Below are positions 57,818 to 64,000 of a DNA stretch of 64,000 nucleotides, in pieces. The notes below the pieces were generated by a model, which was not told the DNA's origin, made no database searches, and saw only the letters and a program-made list of their open reading frames with translations. Positions within the stretch are counted from its first letter, which is position 1. Each line of letters opens with the position of its first letter. This DNA comes from a virus (taxonomy: Duplodnaviria; Caudoviricetes). The translations under genes were made by a program, and so were the position numbers. The DNA is taken from positions 17,988 to 81,987 of the IMG/VR virus record IMGVR_UViG_3300033068_001745; one strand, 5' to 3'.

Positions 57818-60800
57818 CTATACGCCACAAGTACCACCTTTAGAAATATCACATACATCAAAAAATTCTTCTTTGAATTCTTGACCTTCCATGCTTTTAG
57901 CTTCATTATAATCTACTATTGTTAAAGGTTGTCCACCTCTACTACCATCTGGATAGCAAGTAAAACCTCTCAATCTAATAGCATATTTAGCTAAAACCAT
58001 AGCAAAATCTTTTACTCTACTTTCATTATTTAATGGTGTATTCCAAGAAGGTAAATTAATTGTTGAAGAAATGCTCATATCAACATAATCTTGAATATCA
58101 GCTTGAAATTTAATTCTTCTTTCATAATCGTTGGATAGAGAAAGGGCTGTTTCAATGTTGTCAGGATGTATTCCAGAATCAATGAGAAGTTTAGCTGTTC
58201 CGTCAATAACATATTGATAATGCCATTCTTTGTTACCTTTCAAATACCTTCTTTTGTAAGCCACTGCAAATAACGGTTCAATTCCTGTAGTTGTCATTTT
58301 GTTATCATTAGGCTCTTTATCCTAATTTCTTATAGTTTCCTATAAGTTCAGACTATATCTTCATCCTCATTGAGGAGATGGGATTTCGTGTCAGGTTTAT
58401 TATTTGACTTTTCACCTGTTAGTCGTTGCACCTTTTCAACTACTTTCATGTCATTCGTTGAACTTGGCTCAAGATTACCATGAGAACTGATTAAATTACA
58501 CCAATATAAAAGTTCTTCGACAGAATAATTATTTTTTAATCTATTTACTGTTTTATGAACCCACCATACATTATCTTCTGTATAACCTTTATTAGAGTCT
58601 ATTCTATCAAGAGAAGCTGTAATAAAATCCCAATTAGGGTTACTATTTTTTCTCTTTTTAGATAAAGTAATATCTAATCCTGTTAAAGCACATTTTCCTT
58701 CTTGTTTGACAAAAATAGAATGTAAAAATTCTTTAGATACAAATTCTAAATCTCTTTGAATAGCTCTTCTTTTTATATAAGAATAAAACGAACCTGTTAA
58801 ATCTCCAATTCCTTTGTATGTAGTAGGAAGAGGATGAGCTTTAGCAGTTCTTTTTGAAGAGCAAGATTTACAACTTTTACATCTTCCTGAAATTAAGTCT
58901 TTTGCTAGCTTAAATTCAATTTTATTGCAAGAACATTTAACCTCAAACATTATTCTTTTATCATTACTCAATTTTGTTTCTTCGGAAAATACAGTATAAT
59001 AATTATATGTAGTATTTATTATTGGTACATGTTTCAATTTTTTATTAGTTCTTTTAGGCTTCCCTTGAATTAACCCATTTTATTTTGATGAGATTACTCT
59101 CAAAAGCAAGCTACAACTTTTTAACCTGCCATGATTCCTATAGTACCTGTTGGTGCAATTGCTCTATAAGCAACAGGTTTTGAGATATTAAGTTGTTTAC
59201 ATAATTGGTTAGCCCCTAACTCACTTTGTTCTTTATATGATTTTAACCAATCATGTAATTCAGGAACAACTTCATATTTGTAACCTCTTTGAAGTAACCA
59301 CTCATGCACTCCCATCAAACCTAAACCTAATCTTCTGTTTTTCTCTCTTACTTCATATATCTTTTGATAAGGTAAAGTCGCTTTTAAAGTTCCGCAGACT
59401 AAGAATTTTGAAGCTAAGTAATTAACTCTAATAAATTCATCAATTGTTTTAATTCTTGACATATTTATAGAACCTAAATTACAAACATCACTATCATCAG
59501 CACTTGTAACTTCAGTACAATTAGATATTATAATACCTTCTGCTTGAAAAGAATGTTCATCAACACCTACATTACAGCAAAATACATCTGATATATTAGA
59601 TTCTTCTATAGAAACTACTTTAAAAATAATAGGATTACTTTTTTCAATATTAACTCTTTCAGTTTTTAAAAAATCAGTATCTCCTTTAATTATTAAGTTC
59701 CAAGAAGGAGTATTTTTAAAACCTCCATTAGAACCTTTATTTATACCGCAAGTTAATCCTAATGTTTCACATAATCTACCTACTCCTTTAAGAAACTCAA
59801 AATTAACTGAAGATAACCTAGCGTGACCAAGTGAAGTATTACCATCAGCATCTAATAAACCTTCTAAAAAAGATTTTCGTGAATTAAAATCCCAACTAAA
59901 AACATCTGAAGGAAATTCTTTTTTATTTCTATTTGAAAATAAATCATTATTACCATAATACATTCTATAAATCCCTCTAATATCCTCATTACAAGATAAT
60001 GGCTGAATAATAGAATCTAATATTCTATCTTTACATTTTATTTTGTCAGAACACAAAGGTATTTCTAATCTACTGTATTTCTTATGAAATGAACCATCTC
60101 CATAGGCAAAACCTAATAAATAAGCATCTTGGACTATTTTACCATGAGTATATACTCCTAAAGACACTTTTAATTGTTCTCCAATATCTAAATCTTTAGC
60201 TGCAATTCTTCTACCATCAGACGTGATAAATTCATGGTCAGGAGAACAGGTTATTTCTTTTCTTCCTGTCATAGTAACAGTTACAGTAGGACTATCTTTT
60301 CTTGTTTTAGTAAATATTGTTTTTGCCCATTGTAATCCAGTCCAAACTTCTACTTCTCTACCTACTATATCTAAAACCTGTTTATAACCTTCTTTAGTTA
60401 ATACCCAAGTTTCTCCTACAATAGGAGCATTTCTAAGAGTTTCAATCACTTTCTCAAAAAAGTTAAAACTAAACCCCGGTTCTCCTGTTTTAAGAGCTTG
60501 ACGACAATTTTCAATAAATACAATAGGTAGGGAAACAATTGGAAGATTAAAAATTCCCATACTCCCCTCTTTCTTATATATTTCTTTTAATTCATCAAAA
60601 GACTTTCCATAAACTTCTTCGAGAAAATCATTATCATAATTTAAAGAAACATTAGTCATATCAAGAGGAGCATGATAATTAAAATCAAGTTCTTTTAGTT
60701 TACCAATAGTAAGTTGATTACCATTTTCATCAAAAGCTCCTGAAACAGGCATGTTATACCAATCTTTAGCATGTAAGAATTCTTCAACATCACCATGTTT

Positions 60801-62501
60801 CCAATTTAGACTTGCATAAATCGCACTATTATGAGTTAATAACCCATTACAATAAAAATTATGGTCATTTTCTACTTCTATATCAAAAGTTTGTACATTC
60901 TTCACATTATACTCAATTGATTTTACTTCAACAGGTATGAAATCAATTTCTCCACCATAATCTTTAAAAGTTTGATAGTTTAAACCTTTACCTTTGAAAG
61001 AAGGAACTACTTTTTTTAAATCTTTAGGTTTAAATTGTTTTTTAACTATGCTCATTGGTACAGTAAAACCATAAGTCATTCTTGTATAATTAACTAATCC
61101 TTTCGAGGAATATTCTCCAATTTTTTCATTATATTCTTGTCTGAATCCTATAAAAGAAACTATATGTTTCTTTTGCCAGTTTAATTGCTTTGGAGTATGG
61201 GAAGATAGTCTTGTAGCTATTCCAATAGATGAGCAAAGATTCTGCAATTGTTCAGCAAAAGATTGATACACAGTAGTAACAAGATTTATTGGTCTATTTT
61301 TAATACAACCGTCAGAATCTACAATTCCTGCTAAATAAGCACCTCTTATATCTGAAGTATTTTCAAGAATAAAATTAGGTATTTGTATGATTTCTTTTGG
61401 TTGTTTAATATAATTTTCAAAATATTCTGCTAATCTTTGACCACTTGCTCTTACATTTACACAATTTTCATTTTTTCTAAATTCAATAGTAACATTTGTT
61501 CCAAACCTTTCAAAAACTTCTTTAGCTCTTATATAGCATTTTTCATCGTTACTATTAAAAGATATAGAAACATAAGATGAACCTCCTATATTTTGTTCAT
61601 ATCTAATATTTTTTCTATTATAAACATACCCGTCTCCATGTACTAAACCTATCAACCAAGCTAAATCTACATCTAAATTAGGTATAGATATAGGTTGGCA
61701 AGTTGAAGAATTTTTAGGTCTAATCTCTGTAAAATCATTAGGAAGCTGTAACTTTTTACCTTTAACTTCTTTATTAAAATGACATAAAACATCTCCTTGT
61801 TTTAATTCGTCAATTTGCTTCCATATTTTATCTCCATTTTCATTTAACACAGCCATTTTATGATTACTTGTTCCATAAAATACTCCTGAATTTGTAATAA
61901 TTTTATCAATATTCTGATAACCTTGTTCTATCTTATTGATTATTTTATTAATACCGTTTTCAGTATAGACATTTTCTCCTACAATAACATCTTTTATTTT
62001 AATCAAACCTCTTTCAGTATAAACTAATGAATCTTCAGGTAAACATCTTCTTGAACCACCTTGCATAACTCTTCTACCAATTTCATTAATCATTTCCATT
62101 TTTGAAACTGTTCCTGAAGCATGACCACCAGTCCTTTTGATTATAGAACCTTTAGGTCTATAGACAGAGTAATCAATTCCAATTCCTCCTCCTACCATAA
62201 GGCATGACTCAGATTTCCAAGATAAATCAGCCCAATCTTCTCTATTATCTACACAAGCTTTTAATAAGAAACAGTTGTTGAAAAATTTATTCAATCTTCC
62301 TGCATAATACAAGTATCTACCACCTGCAATAAATTTCATTTCAGAATGATATTTAACCAATTCATCAATTTCTTCTTGAGGTAACAATCCTCCACAAACA
62401 TCTTCAATTAAAGTTTTACTAAGTTGTTCCCAAGTTTCAGCTTTTTCATGCTTATACTTGTACTCAAAAATGTTTTTGCTAAACTCTGTTCTAAATGGCA
62501 T
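57818..62501 (-). CDS. nrdJ: Class II (B12-dependent) ribonucleotide reductase; exon 1 62501-59124, exon 2 58294-57818; two inteins
   Basis: After splicing: GGRYLY, NNCFL, GGSRR|SAIY, TLRNA|CTEV (thiyl-radical Cys), VCNLGS, NRRLGLGLMG, AIAPTGTIGIMAG|TTTGIEP, GFTCYPDGSR, C-terminal C....GGTC. Confidence 0.9.
58295..59123 (-). mobile_element. Group I intron (829 nt) in nrdJ
   Basis: 5' splice after exon GCAGGU pairing with IGS AGCUUGC (U-G wobble); P10 AGUUGU with 3' exon ACAACU; P7 GACUA (58420-58424) with AAGAUAUAGUC (58351-58361); P9 CUUAUAG-GAAA-CUAUAAG; terminal G at 58295; splicing restores the frame AG|TTTGIEP. Confidence 0.9.
58348..59037 (-). CDS. Intron-encoded HNH-type homing endonuclease, 229 aa
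   Basis: CSC..SCKSC, KCALTG, ASLDRIDSNKGYTEDNVWWVHKTVN; 3' end runs through the intron core. Confidence 0.85.
   Translation of the reverse strand: MKHVPIINTTYNYYTVFSEETKLSNDKRIMFEVKCSCNKIEFKLAKDLISGRCKSCKSCSSKRTAKAHPLPTTYKGIGDLTGSFYSYIKRRAIQRDLEFVSKEFLHSIFVKQEGKCALTGLDITLSKKRKNSNPNWDFITASLDRIDSNKGYTEDNVWWVHKTVNRLKNNYSVEELLYWCNLISSHGNLEPSSTNDMKVVEKVQRLTGEKSNNKPDTKSHLLNEDEDIV
59520..60425 (-). mobile_element. RNR intein 2 (302 aa), Pro1, LAGLIDADG, directly before the catalytic Cys
   Basis: PIVGETWVLTKEG..CSPDHEF..LLGFAYGDG..LEGLLDADG..DVFCCNV..IISN|C. Confidence 0.88.
60828..62045 (-). mobile_element. RNR intein 1 (406 aa), class 1, LAGLIDADG
   Basis: CLPEDSLVYTERG..GTSNHKM..LIGLVHGDG..LAGIVDSDG..TFDIEV..LTHN|S. 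Confidence 0.92.
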
Positions 62502-62822
62502 TAATCAATTAGTTCCATAATTCTTTTCTCTAATAACTCTTCTTCTTGTTTAACGAGTATTTTGAAAAGTTCATTTTCATTTAAAGATTTGATAGTTTTC
62601 TCTATTTCTTGTATTGAAACATGTTTATTATTTGTTTATTTTCTTCCATTCTCTTTTCAAATAGCTTTTTTTGAGCTTTGTTGGAAGGAGATTTTCAAAT
62701 CATCAATAATTCCTTGTGCTTTCAACCAAAAATCATCACAGAAGGTTTATTTTCAACATTAAAAACATTTCTATATTCATCAACTAATGAGAAAAAACTT
62801 TTATGTCAAATTTCACTTTCAT
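62501..62822 (-). pseudogene. Frameshift-fragmented hypothetical gene
   Basis: ATG overlaps the upstream stop and TAA overlaps the nrdJ ATG, but the protein-like stretches in between switch frame several times. Confidence 0.4.
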
Positions 62823-63136
62823 TAATCAATTACTTTCATGTATGTCTCATAATCTAATTTCATCACTAAATATCTTGCTCTATCGAATTTTGAAATTGCA
62901 TTTTTTTTAGTGAGCTTATCATGATACATTTGCAACTTCTCAGTATTTGATAACCAAGGTTCTATATCAAAAATAAATTTTATCAATCCTGCTAAATAAC
63001 CTGTACAACTAACTCTTGCTCCTGTTAGTGGGTTTTCAAATGTTTTTTCATCTCCTTGCTCATAAATATATTCTTCAAGGAATTTTATATCAGCTTTAGT
63101 AACTTGTTTATTCTTTTTTATTTCTTCAATTGTCAT
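62822..63136 (-). CDS. Hypothetical protein, 104 aa
   Basis: ORF track; coupled at both ends. Confidence 0.6.
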   Translation of the reverse strand: MTIEEIKKNKQVTKADIKFLEEYIYEQGDEKTFENPLTGARVSCTGYLAGLIKFIFDIEPWLSNTEKLQMYHDKLTKKNAISKFDRARYLVMKLDYETYMKVID

Positions 63137-63204
63137 ATGATTTTTTCTTTTGTTAAAATTTGTTTTACTTGTTCAATAAGCTCTTCTATAGTACCATTGT
63201 TATT
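63133..63204 (-). pseudogene. Orphan 3' remnant of a dNMP kinase gene (NNNGTIEELIEQVKQILTKEKII*)
   Basis: Parallels the kinase C-terminus at 63839-63900; its TGA overlaps the next ATG. Confidence 0.6.
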
Positions 63205-63808
63205 TTATTGAAAATGCTTTATCTATTGTCCAACCTAATTGTTTTATTCTTGCAAAGACTTTTTTATATTCTAAATTTAAATCTTCACACCATTCTTTTA
63301 AAGGTTTTTCTTCTCCTTTATAATTAATAATAAAATTACTTCTTCTATTCATAGATTGTGTTTTAGAAGAAGCCCAAATACAATTATCTTTATTATATCC
63401 TTTATCATTATTTACTCTTTCAATAGAAAAACCTTTTGGACAAATTCCCATATCTTCATAAAAATTTTCAAAAGATTTTAACCATTTATCACAAACAGTA
63501 ATGCCTCTTCCACCGTAATTATGATAAGAATTATTATTAGGATTAGTACATCTTGCTTTAATATTAGTCCAAGTAATATATTCTCTTGTACCTATTGCAT
63601 TATGTTTAACAGCGTTTGTTTTAGCTAAACACCCACAAGATTTTACATGACCGTTATTAAGTTTATTAGTAGATACTATTTTAGTGTTACCGCAATCACA
63701 CTTACAATGCCATTTACCATTACCTACATAACCTAATACTAATAATTGATTATACTTATTATTAGTTATATCAACCCAAACATTGCTTTTTCCTTTTAAA
63801 TATTCCAT
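63200..63808 (-). CDS. Free-standing HNH homing endonuclease, 202 aa
   Basis: WHCKCDCG..SCGC..W..IK.RC.N....Y.NYGGRGITVC..W..FENFY.DMG..SIERVNNDKGY..DNC.WA. Confidence 0.88.
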   Translation of the reverse strand: MEYLKGKSNVWVDITNNKYNQLLVLGYVGNGKWHCKCDCGNTKIVSTNKLNNGHVKSCGCLAKTNAVKHNAIGTREYITWTNIKARCTNPNNNSYHNYGGRGITVCDKWLKSFENFYEDMGICPKGFSIERVNNDKGYNKDNCIWASSKTQSMNRRSNFIINYKGEEKPLKEWCEDLNLEYKKVFARIKQLGWTIDKAFSIK

Positions 63809-63838
63809 GTTATTTTATTTTTATTTAAAACAAAGATA

Positions 63839-64000
63839 CTATAAAATATTTTCATTTATAAGAATAATTTTAATTTTTTCTATAAGTGATTGAATATCAG
63901 AATCATTGTCCACAACATAATCAAACTCTGCTTTGTCAAGACTAGTTTCTGATAAGTGCTCTCCTGATTTACTAACTGGACAACTCATTTTATGATAACC
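63839..64000 (-). CDS. 3' end of a deoxynucleoside monophosphate kinase (truncated by window edge)
   Basis: EHLSETSLDKAEFDYVVDNDSDIQSL matches the phage dNMP kinase C-terminal H.SE..LD...FDY.I.N motif. Confidence 0.7.
   Translation of the reverse strand, partial: GYHKMSCPVSKSGEHLSETSLDKAEFDYVVDNDSDIQSLIEKIKIILINENIL

Noticed and set aside
57818-58297. Separate 159-aa gene starting MTTTGIEP
   Set aside because: The ATG is the last three bases of the intron; this segment is exon 2 of nrdJ.
387-62762. Short antisense or alternate-frame ORFs in the track (e.g. 10240-10614, 34833-35213, 57692-57925, 62562-62762)
   Set aside because: They are shadows of long genes on the opposite strand or frame and have no motifs.
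1-64000. Stop-codon reassignment (TAG to Gln or TGA to Trp), as in some gut crAss phages
   Set aside because: Genes of up to 16 kb are intact in code 11, and TAG or TGA end terL, nrdJ and others at coupled junctions.
1-64000. tRNA, rRNA, CRISPR array, DGR, endolysin, integrase
   Set aside because: No cloverleaf, repeat-spacer array, reverse transcriptase, or lysin/recombinase motifs were seen in this window.

Overview
A ~64 kb AT-rich segment of a crAss-like (Crassvirales-type) Bacteroidota phage, read in standard code 11. The + strand (1-55709) carries the late/virion module: terminase large subunit with a class-3 LAGLIDADG intein, portal, probable scaffold, major capsid, head/tail ring proteins, two Cys-rich paralogues, a membrane coiled-coil protein coupled to a stand-alone PAS domain, an IHF/HU-like protein, tail tubular and stabilisation proteins, and five ejection/cargo proteins. 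The largest is a 5321-aa virion RNA polymerase polyprotein (DFDID). It also carries macro-like, DUF4326-like, SLOG and RecD/Dda-like helicase domains. The last three cargo proteins are almost Cys-free except for cysteines at their facing termini, which suggests a head-to-tail disulfide-linked ejection chain. A bidirectional terminator separates this module from the convergent - strand nucleotide-metabolism module: a C5 DNA methyltransferase, a class II ribonucleotide reductase interrupted by two inteins and a group I intron with an HNH ORF, a free HNH endonuclease and the 3' end of a dNMP kinase. No tRNA, rRNA or CRISPR array was seen. All family assignments come from motif recognition and gene order; no database search was run.
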